NCBI GenBank assembly: GCA_009859145.1
Contig: VRVR01000023.1
Coordinates: 120,934 to 184,933 of the forward strand
Reading direction: 5' to 3'
From: Andalucia godoyi And28
Lineage: Eukaryota > Protista > Jakobida
DNA length: 64,000 nucleotides
Shown: one piece after another, positions 8,591 through 18,210 of the stretch
How positions within the stretch are numbered: position 1 is the stretch's first letter
How the letters are laid out: each line of letters opens with the position of its first letter
Notes under the pieces: model-generated
The model's input: the letters and a program-made list of their open reading frames with translations, nothing else
The model's database searches: none
Told to the model about the DNA's origin: nothing
Translations under genes and position numbers: made by a program

Positions 8591-11161
8591 ATGGATGAAA
8601 AACATACTTCGAACAGTCTTAGACGTGCTTTCTACTTGTCGAAGCACAAACGCGAGATTGAGCATATTCTCCAAGGAGCGATTGCAGCATGCTTGAGATG
8701 TTTCCCGTCGCAACCTGCACTGTTTGTTGCGGAAGGCCTGCGGAAGGTCGACTCGTCCACGGTGCTCCTTCCTGTTGATTTCCATCGCATGTACGACAAA
8801 AAGACCGTCAACTCCATTGCGCTTGTCAGGCAGACGTTTTCCATGTCGGTTGGCACATCCATTCTTTCGCAGTATCTGAGAAACATCCAGCAATTTGTGC
8901 CGAGCATTTCCGCAGTTTTCGTGCATGCTGGCGGAATAAGTCCCCGTGGGATTTCCAATTACATCGATCAAGTTGATATTCATGCTGTCTGCTTGTCGTT
9001 GTATGAACTGCTGAACATCTCCATGACGATTCAGTGTTTGTCCTCCTTTGCTTCACTTCCGTTCATCTTGCTGAATGTGACGTTTACGTTTTCACAACAG
9101 CACCCAAATCTAGCCCCTTACGTTTTAGTTGGAGACAGTCTTATCTTGACGTCAGTTGTGGATGCTGTTGACAGTTCATTGTTCGACGAAGAAATGAAGG
9201 TTCGATCGAAGATTGTGCGATGGGAAGACCCTTTTACGCTGGATTATGCTGAACTTTTTTGCAGTTCACAATTCAGCGGCCGATCTCTTGTCATTGTTTT
9301 TCAGACCAGGTCTGAAGAACAAGTGGGGCTGTTTCAGCGCCATGTTTCGGAGCAGTTTCCTCAGCTCAATCCGGTGGTCATTTGTTCACTGAGCATCGTC
9401 CCACATGGAAAAGCCGTGTCTGTTTTTCACATTCCGTCGCGAACCATGCATTCCCACACGATTGAAATTCCACGCGTGTTTTCGGCTCTGCACTATCAGC
9501 ATCGCGGGACCGTTGTGGGAGAAGCTCTGTCAAATCGGCAAAGCATTCTGAAGTCTTTGAAAATGGTCCCCATTGACGCCGATGATGCCAAGGAAGCAAC
9601 AGAGAATGTACACGGAAATTGCAGTTCCGATGATGCGGGCTTTGCAGAAGTCGAGGAGGTTTTTGCAGTCTTTCTCCACATACTCCGGCAAATGGCGGAC
9701 GATTTTGATATGGATGTCTTGAATAGGGCAAGACATCCAACGACGTCAAAACTGTTGGCAAAAATTGACATTGGGCTTGTGGAGAAGTTCTTGCTGCAAG
9801 AGTCGCCCGTCCATTACTACTTGTATGATGCTTTTTATCGTGTCGACGTTGATCGTGATGGGCTGTTGTTGTGGACAGAGGCGGACATCGTGTTGCATTC
9901 TGCTCTTGATCGTTACTTTTTTCAACGTTTTCGTTCGGCGCTGTTCATAGGATGCAACTATCATGTAACACATGCTTCCGTGTATCCAGCTGCACTCGCG
10001 AGTTCGCGGGAAGATGATCTTGGCAAACTTCCCTCTGTGCCGTACAAACGAGTTGTCAGTCCGACAGACTTGGCTTTTCAGCCAAATCCTCGGCAGCACA
10101 CTGTCGATTTGCGGCTTTTGTTACCTGATCGGAGCGGGATTGATGTTGATGGACGGTTGACGGTTTTACCTTATCTCGATAACGTTTTAGAAATGATGGT
10201 AAGAGACGTAGGACGTCGTCCGTTGCCCCGAGCATTTGATTTCCCATTCTCAGTGGTTCAAGAAACCATTGTGAGAGATCGCGTGGACGAGTTCACCAGG
10301 AATAATCGGTTCAACTTTTTCCAGTCCCGCATTGCGTACCATTTTATGTCCAGACTGCTGGAGCGGCAAAGTGACTTGTTATTTGCTGAAGGCAGGGACA
10401 GTTCGATGACGCAAACAAAGGTTTTGAGCGTGTGGTTTCAAAGTTCCTTGACTTCTTATGATGTTCCGTTGTCTGTTTTCATACGAGAATCGGATTTCCA
10501 AGTGGCAACGAGCCCGACGTTCGTTTCGGAGGCATTGTTTACATATGAAGAGGTGGTGCAGGTCTTGAACAAGTTGGTCAGCCGAAAGTATCGCAGAGAA
10601 GCTCTCTTTTTGCGTCCTCCTTCAAAATCTGAATCGGTGTTTCCAGCGTTGTATCCTCTTGGATTTTGCTACGATATTGATGGACAGGCTTCGTTTTTGT
10701 ATCACACCGCCGAGGCGAACAGGAGTTTTATTCGGCAACGGCCTTCGTGCGAGAGCTTGATTCGCCAGGTGTCTCGGGAGATTGAGAAAACAGAAGAGGC
10801 CTATCGTGGACCCTTGTATCGGAAAAGGCATGCAGTTGTGGAGAAGTGCTTCACCAACGTCGCAGATAAGCACAAGCCGAAACGGGGATCTCAAGGCTCC
10901 TCAGACACTCGCTACAGAATTGTGACCAATCAACAATTGCCTATGTTTGGCAAGCTAAAATCGTGGTCTGCGTTTCCGGATGCCAAGGACGTTCTTTCTT
11001 CGCTTGTCACTTCGGAGGACATCCACTCTGCGCTTGTGGATAATTACGTGACTCTTTCATTTGCAAATGCCGATGATACTTGTTTACGCGGTACGTTTGT
11101 TGACGATCTGGAATGGTACGTCAAAAAGGATGCCGAGCTGGCGCTGATGGCTGTACAATAG
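8591..11161 (+). CDS. Uncharacterised 856-aa protein with an N-terminal RIIa/Dpy-30-like docking motif and an EF-hand-like motif
   Basis: Long ORF. IEHILQGAIAACLRCFPSQPALFVAEGL resembles D/D domains; DVDRDGLLLWTE resembles an EF-hand loop. Confidence 0.6.
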   Translation: MDEKHTSNSLRRAFYLSKHKREIEHILQGAIAACLRCFPSQPALFVAEGLRKVDSSTVLLPVDFHRMYDKKTVNSIALVRQTFSMSVGTSILSQYLRNIQQFVPSISAVFVHAGGISPRGISNYIDQVDIHAVCLSLYELLNISMTIQCLSSFASLPFILLNVTFTFSQQHPNLAPYVLVGDSLILTSVVDAVDSSLFDEEMKVRSKIVRWEDPFTLDYAELFCSSQFSGRSLVIVFQTRSEEQVGLFQRHVSEQFPQLNPVVICSLSIVPHGKAVSVFHIPSRTMHSHTIEIPRVFSALHYQHRGTVVGEALSNRQSILKSLKMVPIDADDAKEATENVHGNCSSDDAGFAEVEEVFAVFLHILRQMADDFDMDVLNRARHPTTSKLLAKIDIGLVEKFLLQESPVHYYLYDAFYRVDVDRDGLLLWTEADIVLHSALDRYFFQRFRSALFIGCNYHVTHASVYPAALASSREDDLGKLPSVPYKRVVSPTDLAFQPNPRQHTVDLRLLLPDRSGIDVDGRLTVLPYLDNVLEMMVRDVGRRPLPRAFDFPFSVVQETIVRDRVDEFTRNNRFNFFQSRIAYHFMSRLLERQSDLLFAEGRDSSMTQTKVLSVWFQSSLTSYDVPLSVFIRESDFQVATSPTFVSEALFTYEEVVQVLNKLVSRKYRREALFLRPPSKSESVFPALYPLGFCYDIDGQASFLYHTAEANRSFIRQRPSCESLIRQVSREIEKTEEAYRGPLYRKRHAVVEKCFTNVADKHKPKRGSQGSSDTRYRIVTNQQLPMFGKLKSWSAFPDAKDVLSSLVTSEDIHSALVDNYVTLSFANADDTCLRGTFVDDLEWYVKKDAELALMAVQ

Positions 11162-11234
11162 TTGAAATAAATGCTATAAATTATGCGGGGAGAGAAAAAT
11201 CAATCCAGTGTTACGGTGCGTGCATTGGGAAGGG

Positions 11235-12395
11235 TCACTCGGAGGGATTGCCTATGGTTTGTGCAATTTCTTCAACCAATTCGTCAATCGTCTTCTCGTA
11301 ACCTTCCATTTGGTGCTTCTGTAGATCCACCACAGATTCCAAATACTGAATACGAACTGACATTTCCTCCACAATCTTGTGCATGTCAATGGTGGTTTGT
11401 TCTTGTTCTCTGGTCTTGGCGTCCAGCAATTTTCGAAGCTCAAAATTCTCAATTTGGAGCGACTGCTCTTTTGTTAAAGACCCCCTCTTAAAGCGAGAAG
11501 GTTCGGATCCTGTAGCAGACGTTCGCAGAAGAATATCATTCTTTTCGGATGATGCATCATCACAGCTGTACTCGTCGGCAACTTCCAATCCTACCTGCGT
11601 TTCCTTATCAAAAGAGAGACGTGGATGATTCCTGAACCGCGCGGGCGTTGGAGTCTCCGCAAGTGCATGTCTGTCTAGTTCCGGTAAGTTATGCTGGAAA
11701 GTCTCCAAAAACGAAAGAGACGCCACACCACCAGATGAAATATTGAGAGTGCTGCTGGCAGTTGGAGAATTTGAAGCCGACCGAGTTGTGACGGCGGACC
11801 CCGACGACGCAGACGATGATGATGCGACGTCATTATGTGCGTGCGATTGTGTGCAAAAGAATTTCGGATGCAATGAGCTCGGCGAAAACAACAGCGAATT
11901 CGTTGTCGTACTATGCGAAACGGATGCAGAATGGGTTGATGTCGCTTGCGGATGATGTCGGTCCTGCGAAAGAGTGAAACGAGGCGATTCAACATGCTGT
12001 GCTGTTACGTGTAAGTGAACAGGATTCACAGTGAGTCCTTCGAACGACGACTCTCTTATCAGCATCTCCGTTGGGGAGACGTCGTGTCTTTTCAGAGCAT
12101 CTCGGAAAAGCGGATTGGAAGACGGCGGAGTCACCGCTGCGTGAGATGGAGAAGGAGCAGGCGAGCTCGAGGTATCGACGCTCAATGGAGAAGAGAGAGC
12201 CGAAGACACTCTCCGTGTCCTTCGACGACCAGCAACGATGGTCTCTCTTAGCAAACTCATGCGGCGCAAGGATTCTGATGCTTCTTCTCGGAGTTCAGAA
12301 AGCAGCGAAAGCGACCGCGGTCTTCCGAGATCATTCAGCGCAACATGAGCAGGAACGACGTACTCTTGGAAATCTTCGTTTTGGAAATCGCTCAT
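11235..12395 (-). CDS. Uncharacterised Ser-rich protein with C-terminal coiled coil
   Basis: 386-aa ORF with ATG start and a heptad-like C-terminus (LQIENFELRKLLDAK...LESVVDLQK). Confidence 0.6.
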   Translation of the reverse strand: MSDFQNEDFQEYVVPAHVALNDLGRPRSLSLLSELREEASESLRRMSLLRETIVAGRRRTRRVSSALSSPLSVDTSSSPAPSPSHAAVTPPSSNPLFRDALKRHDVSPTEMLIRESSFEGLTVNPVHLHVTAQHVESPRFTLSQDRHHPQATSTHSASVSHSTTTNSLLFSPSSLHPKFFCTQSHAHNDVASSSSASSGSAVTTRSASNSPTASSTLNISSGGVASLSFLETFQHNLPELDRHALAETPTPARFRNHPRLSFDKETQVGLEVADEYSCDDASSEKNDILLRTSATGSEPSRFKRGSLTKEQSLQIENFELRKLLDAKTREQEQTTIDMHKIVEEMSVRIQYLESVVDLQKHQMEGYEKTIDELVEEIAQTIGNPSE

Positions 12396-12561
12396 GATGG
12401 AACAGATTCCAATAATTATAGACGAGAATTAAAAAATTACTTAAAAAAAAAAGTCAACAACTAAAACCCTCACTGAAAATCTTCTTTGGAAAAAACTAAT
12501 TGAAACGGACTGCACTACGTGACGTGCATTGCACAGTGTGGCTTCGCAGGCCAGCAAAAAA

Positions 12562-12630
12562 CACCACCACCACCACCACCAACTACAACAACAACAACAA
12601 CAACAACAATAATAATAATAATAATAACAA
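12562..12630. repeat. Compound trinucleotide microsatellite (ACC)n(AAC)n(AAT)n
   Basis: Seen directly; intergenic. Confidence 0.9.
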
Positions 12631-13149
12631 AAATAACAGCAAAGAGGACGAAGAAGAAAAAGAATTGAAAAGACGACTGACAGCTTTGTATATCAACAAA
12701 CGTTGGACATCAAGCAAACAAACATTCTAACCCTATGAGGGACGCGATGTTCCCTACCGTAGTCAAGTCTAGAATGCCTACAGTCTCCAACATTTTTTTC
12801 TTCTTCGTTCTACTATTTTCTGTTTGGTTGTGTTTTCTATCATCGAACCCTCAAGCAGACCAACGAGCGAGGAAACAGGGAAACAAAGCGTGCACACTCG
12901 ACAGTCTGCATGAGCAGCGCACATTCCCCGAAAATTGGACGCCGTTTATTCTCTTTATTTTCATATTTATTTTCATATTCATATGGGAGTTTTACTTTCT
13001 TTTTCTTTTATTGTTGCAAAATGTAAAATGAAGCCGTTGCCATTCGCTGCGTTCCGTTAGGCTATCATCTTCAGGGCTTCAGGGTGCACCACCATCGCCG
13101 CTTTTTTCAATGCGCCAAATTATGAAGAATTCCATTGGACAAATGCAGC

Positions 13150-13830
13150 TCCAGGAAGACACAGGAGCAACTTGATGAATCGGAGAAAAGGCTCGGCAAC
13201 GCACAAGAAGAGTTTGACAGGGCACAAGAGATGCTCGATGTCGCGATAGAAACCCGGAGCAGGCTTCGAAAATCGCCTTGAAAGCATCATTGGAGACGGA
13301 TGTTAGAAAGTTTGATCGCAGCAGAGTCGACGACATTGGAAGACGAGCAGTTCCTGGAGCAGCACAAGGATAGTCGATCGGAGTGGACAGAGAGCTTCAT
13401 TTTCTCGAGGAGTTGAGCGAGATACGCAAGGATGACCGCTGCTGTTTCGAACGTTTGTGCCCCCCACTACAAGATGATCGGTCGCGATTTTGGACGCCTC
13501 GATGCCTGGTGTGCACGAGAAGAACCGTTTGGACATGTCCTTGAAAAACTTCTTCTTGGTCTGTGAAGTCTGCATCGTCTGGGTTTTGCACTCCTCGATG
13601 CCCACTCACGGAGTATTGGGTTCCGAAGCGGTGCAGAGGGCGGGACACTCGGGAGCTGCCGCAGCCTCGAGCCCGTTCTCCTAGATTTTGACATATCGCG
13701 ACCTTTTGAAACACAGCTGTCGTCGTTGTCGATCTAGGGGTGGAGGTGCGGCAGGCGGGAAGCTGGTTGAATTGGATACATGGCTCCAGAACTCCTGGAT
13801 CAAGATGCACAATGCCATTCTGGCAAGCAG
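13150..13830 (+). pseudogene. Degraded protein kinase gene with upstream coiled-coil segment
   Basis: One frame reads LLLGL*SLHRLGF...PVLLDFDISR (13684)...SI*...G*IGYMAPELLD (13774), with kinase subdomain VIb/VII/VIII-like motifs and three in-frame stops. Upstream frameshifted segments read as coiled coil (KTQEQLDESEKRLGNAQEEFDRAQEML). Confidence 0.6.
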
Positions 13831-14595
13831 CACCAGCACCGGTACCAGCAACACGAATTTTTCTGGTACCTGGCGCTGATGTTGCCGATCCGTTCGTTAA
13901 TGTGAACGGGAATGAGGCCGGTCTTCGCAGACAGATTGCGAAACAGTCGATGCGCATTATCTAAGCTGCGCAAGCAGACAATGGTGGCAACATGACGCCT
14001 TTCTGGTGCGTCAGAAAAGGAAAATGCCGCAATTGTGTAATAATGGGACCGTTTAATCCAACCTGCAAGGGAAAGAAGAATACCGTATGATTTGGTTGAT
14101 GATACTGTTCGAGTGTGCTTGTCGTGTGTTGGTGAGGAATGCAGAGCTACATGAGAGGGTAAAATGATAAGAGGTTTTACAGCAACCTTGTTACAGGCTT
14201 TTTGGAGGGGATCTCTAGGTCAGTCTGTGGACGTATGGACGGTGGAGCGCTGAGTGCTTTGCCGTACCAGCGCAAAACCCCATGGCCTCTCAACTGTGCT
14301 GTCATGTCAGACCCAGACCCAGACCCAGACCCAGACCCAGACACAGACACGTAGAGATGCAAGAATGGATATGCGCCTTCCTGTCCCGACAAGCCGCCAG
14401 TCTCCATTTTTGCGTTTTCCCGATCCATCCATCAGAGTCAGCAAGCGTCAGCCGATGACTGACGAACGCGATCTCAAGGACGTAGTGAACGAGACGAATT
14501 TGAAGACTGGTACACAAGAGAGAAGGAGAATGGGTCCAGCTTGGGGGATTAGGACATTGCACACGGTTTCTGCTTTCCTTCCTGTACGATCTCCG

Positions 14596-15075
14596 TCAGT
14601 GATTTGCCAGGTTCTTCCAAAAGTCTCCATGCACTGCAATACCTTCGTCTTTGAGAATCGGGCCAGTGATGCTGAGTTTTTCACCTGCGAATGAAAAAAG
14701 CGTACGACATGGGATATCAAGTCCTGGGCCCGCCAGTTCCGCAAGCGACTCTGTTGGACATGAGTACACAACCGAGCGGATTCCAGCCCAGTATAGCGCA
14801 CCACAGCACATCGGACATGGCTCCGTGCTTGTGTACAAGACTGCTTCTGCAATGCTGTTTGGATCGAGGTCTTTCACTGCTTTTGCTACAAGATTGAACT
14901 CTGCATGTCGAGTGCAGTCGTTGTCCTCATGCACGGTGTTTCCAGCTTCCAGCACAATCGAATCTGCAACTGCCAGTAGAGCTCCAAAAGGATGGTTTCC
15001 TCGGTCTTTAGCCTGAAGCGCAATCGCGTGTGTCCGGCGAATCAATTCTTCTGTGGTTTTCGCACTGCTGGTCAT
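14596..15075 (-). CDS. Zn-dependent nucleoside deaminase (guanine/cytidine deaminase-like)
   Basis: GNHPFGALL, HAE and EPCPMC motifs; ATG at 15075 (MTSSAK). Confidence 0.85.
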   Translation of the reverse strand: MTSSAKTTEELIRRTHAIALQAKDRGNHPFGALLAVADSIVLEAGNTVHEDNDCTRHAEFNLVAKAVKDLDPNSIAEAVLYTSTEPCPMCCGALYWAGIRSVVYSCPTESLAELAGPGLDIPCRTLFSFAGEKLSITGPILKDEGIAVHGDFWKNLANH

Positions 15076-15294
15076 ATACAATCGCTGAATGAGTGAGTGA
15101 GTGAGTGAGAAAGGTGTTTCAGGAAAAAAAAAAAGCAGAAGAACTCTACCACGACTGACGACAATCAGCACAGCATGTATAAAATGGGTTGGATGAAAAC
15201 GGAGAGGTCTATCGGCAAATTTCTTTACGTATTCCCATGGTCAAAGTAGTCATCATTGTAGCAGCAAATCACACATACGCCCAACGGTCCCCGT

Positions 15295-15840
15295 TTAGGC
15301 AGAGGTTCCAGAAACAAGCTTTCCAGAGTTTGAGACGTTCTTGACAACCTTTCCGTCCTTAGGGCGGGCAACGACTGCATCCTTGGTGGTAAGGAAGAGC
15401 TCAATGTGCGACGGCGATGCGACATAGGGTCCGATACGACCGTGTGCACGGTATGTGCGTCGGCGGTGCTTCATTGCCTGCTGGACAGACACGTGAGAAA
15501 CAACAAGATCGTCGAGCGAAAGCTTCTTGGAGGTTGCATTGGATGCAGCGTTCTTCAGAAGCGACAAAACATACTCGACCGACTTGGTGGGCCAGCGTCC
15601 GAGGACTCCACGGTGTGCCTTTGCCTGACCAGTCCGGCCAACATGTCCGTTGAAGCGAGTGTAAGGAACGCACTCCTTGTGTGCAAGAACGTTCTCAAGG
15701 AACGCAACGGCGCGGCGATACGACAAACCCTTCACGGCATTGGCAGTTTCGCGGGTGTTCTTGAAGTGGACGCGGACATCCGAGCCACGGGTCTTGGCAG
15801 TCTTGGCCTCATCAACAGGCTTTGCAGAGTACTTCACCAT
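15295..15840 (-). CDS. RPL17: 60S ribosomal protein L17 (uL22)
   Basis: MVKYS..., VRVHFKNTRETANAVKG, GRWPTKS, RRRTYRAHGRIGPYVASPSHIEL. Confidence 0.97.
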   Translation of the reverse strand: MVKYSAKPVDEAKTAKTRGSDVRVHFKNTRETANAVKGLSYRRAVAFLENVLAHKECVPYTRFNGHVGRTGQAKAHRGVLGRWPTKSVEYVLSLLKNAASNATSKKLSLDDLVVSHVSVQQAMKHRRRTYRAHGRIGPYVASPSHIELFLTTKDAVVARPKDGKVVKNVSNSGKLVSGTSA

Positions 15841-16313
15841 TTTGACAGAAAAAGAGATCCACACCAAGAGAAGAGAAGGAGAGAAGAAAAAGGAAGGAAA
15901 GAAGGGGAAAAAAAGAAAACAAAGAAAGGAGAATTGGTGTAATGCGCTGCTTGCCAAAAGGCTCCAAAGAGCCCAATTGAGAAAACATGCAGAATGGGGA
16001 ACTGTGAGCCCAACCCTAGGATAGGGTTACCAAAATGAAAATCCTTTTTGCCAGAACAGCCTAATTTTTCCGAACTGTCCCACTCGATTTTTCTCCGGTT
16101 CATTAGCTAAACAATGTTGCCGGACCTCTCTCAGCGTCGCCAAGTGTCGACACTGGCCTCGTCCGTTCTTTAACGGACATCACCTTGCACTTTCACACTC
16201 TTTCACTCGTCGATACCCACACTGTTGTTGCACAGTGCACATTCTCTCGAACAGCAGGAACACTGGGTTTGTTTATTAGTATTTTGTTATTTCTTTGGGA
16301 AACGGGAAACAGA

Positions 16314-16949
16314 ATGAGCTTATCCGCTTCTGAACTAACCACGACGGTGTCCAACCTTTCGGCGCAGCGAATGCGGCTTGAAGGAGATATTTCATTCAAG
16401 AAAGGGCAGCTCGATGCCTCCCGCATGTATATTCATTCGTCGCAAAGCATGCTTGACGACAAGTATGCACAACTGGATGTATGGATTGAAAAGAGGTCTC
16501 AGATTGAGGAGCTTGTGCCACTCGTTCAAAAGCTTGAAGAAACCAAGCGAGCATACCTGGTCGTGAAGAGTGCACACGAAGACCGAATGCGCAGTTTAGA
16601 GAACGAGATCGAAAATCTGGATCATGCCAAGGAAGAGCTGCAGCAGCTTAAGAAAAGATGCGAACAAGCGCGATCCGAGTCGGATGAAACAAACAGAGAA
16701 GATGTTCTCAAGATCCAAGATCTTGAAACGGCGCTTTCTGCATTCCAAGCTCAAATGGCAGCTAAAGTTGAAGCCGAACTCGCCAAAATCCACGAAGAAG
16801 TTGAAAAAACTCGGTGGCAAACAACGCAAATCAAGGCGACCTTCCTCGAGGAAGAGCAAACGCAAAAAGAGCAAGACAGATTCCGGAGACAAACGAGTCT
16901 GCTACCGGACTTCGCATCGCAAGTGGAGCAAATTCTCTGTTCTTTCTAA
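16314..16949 (+). CDS. Uncharacterised coiled-coil protein
   Basis: E/K/Q-rich heptad ORF starting MSLSASEL. Confidence 0.6.
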   Translation: MSLSASELTTTVSNLSAQRMRLEGDISFKKGQLDASRMYIHSSQSMLDDKYAQLDVWIEKRSQIEELVPLVQKLEETKRAYLVVKSAHEDRMRSLENEIENLDHAKEELQQLKKRCEQARSESDETNREDVLKIQDLETALSAFQAQMAAKVEAELAKIHEEVEKTRWQTTQIKATFLEEEQTQKEQDRFRRQTSLLPDFASQVEQILCSF

Positions 16950-17056
16950 TATCAGAACCATGAAACTTTAGTACCAACGCACGTCCAAATAGGACTTCAA
17001 GAAAACCGAGCTTTCGATCTCTCTCACACGCACACACGGAAGCATACGACACTTGC

Positions 17057-17797
17057 CTAGTAAAATAACAAAACGAACACAAGAAAAACACCGATAAACA
17101 TCAGAATCTGGCTAAGCTTGTGCTGCGCTTCTTCTTCGGGTGTCAAAGGGCGGTTCGGCCTTTGGGGCCAATTCCACTGCAGTCCCACAAACGGCCCAAA
17201 CCCGACAAACCCACCGAACTGAACGGCAGCGCTTTGGTGATGGAACCCAAACGGCGACGAAACATTCGAGTAGAACTGGCTTGAAGAGGTCGCTGGCTGA
17301 GCAGTTGGGGGTCTTTGTGCTTGTGGTCTCTTTGGAATGCTTGAAGCGTCAGACTGCGACGATCCTGCAGAAGAGGAACTTCCTCGAGTGTACATCGGAA
17401 TCACTTTGGACCTATCGATCGACGCTTTGCAAACAGGGCACGACGTATTCGTTGGATGCGATTCAAACCAGCGAAACAAACACGGCCAGCTATTAGATAA
17501 GCATACAAATCAACAAACCAAAAACAACAACCAACGACAATACACAATCATAGCGTGATTCGAAAACGCAGAAGAAAGAAAAAGGAAACACCCATTAGAC
17601 CATACACCACACAGCCAGCAGCAAAAGGAAGAGGGGGGAGGCGAACCGTGAATATTGAGCAAATCGTCATACCAGAAAAGATGGCCACAGACAGTGACAA
17701 CAGGCTCCGAAGCAGTGTCCAAGCAAATACTGCACTCAAACGCTCCTTTGCCATCGGAGGCGGATGAGTTGCTATCATTGCTAGATGATGCAGACAT
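17057..17797 (-). CDS. RNF5/RNF185-like RING E3 ligase; join(17673-17797, 17057-17489), intron 17490-17672
   Basis: FECSICLDTASEPVVTVCGHLF + C|WPCLFRW...CPVCKA...KVIPMYTRG after removing a GTATGA...TAG intron; PKRPQAQR motif and C-terminal TM anchor. Confidence 0.9.
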
Positions 17798-18210
17798 TTT
17801 GAACAAGATGAGGGAGAGAGCCTGTCAACAAAAAAGGCCTGCAGTCGGTTTTTTGGTTCTGCAATAGTCGAAAGGAAAACCATTAAAAAAGGAGGAGAAT
17901 GAATGACCAAAAAACCAGAGAAGGGAGCAAGCAATCGTGCCAAGAAAAGTCCGAACACGAGAGAAAACGTGTTTGACATGCTTCTCACGCCACCCATCGT
18001 AAAAACCCTTTGAAACAAAGGGTGGGTCAGCGCCGAGTCGTTCTTTTGCTGCTGTTCCTAATATACATACATAAGGACATCCTTATTTTTCTCGGGCTAC
18101 CACGCACTCTACAGAGTTGAGAGTGTAGGTCTCTAGAGAAATGGAGAAGTCGACATTTTAATTATTTTTTTAATTTACATTTTAAAAAAAAAGTTTAATC
18201 AAGATTGTGC

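Noticed and set aside
13150-13830. Stop-codon reassignment or readthrough as an explanation for the in-frame stops in the kinase region
   Set aside because: Conserved genes in the window end in TAA, TAG and TGA normally, and the region also has frameshifts.
14170-14595. ORFs around the (CAGACC)n repeat
   Set aside because: They are repeat-derived low-complexity frames with no family signal; probably intergenic or UTR.
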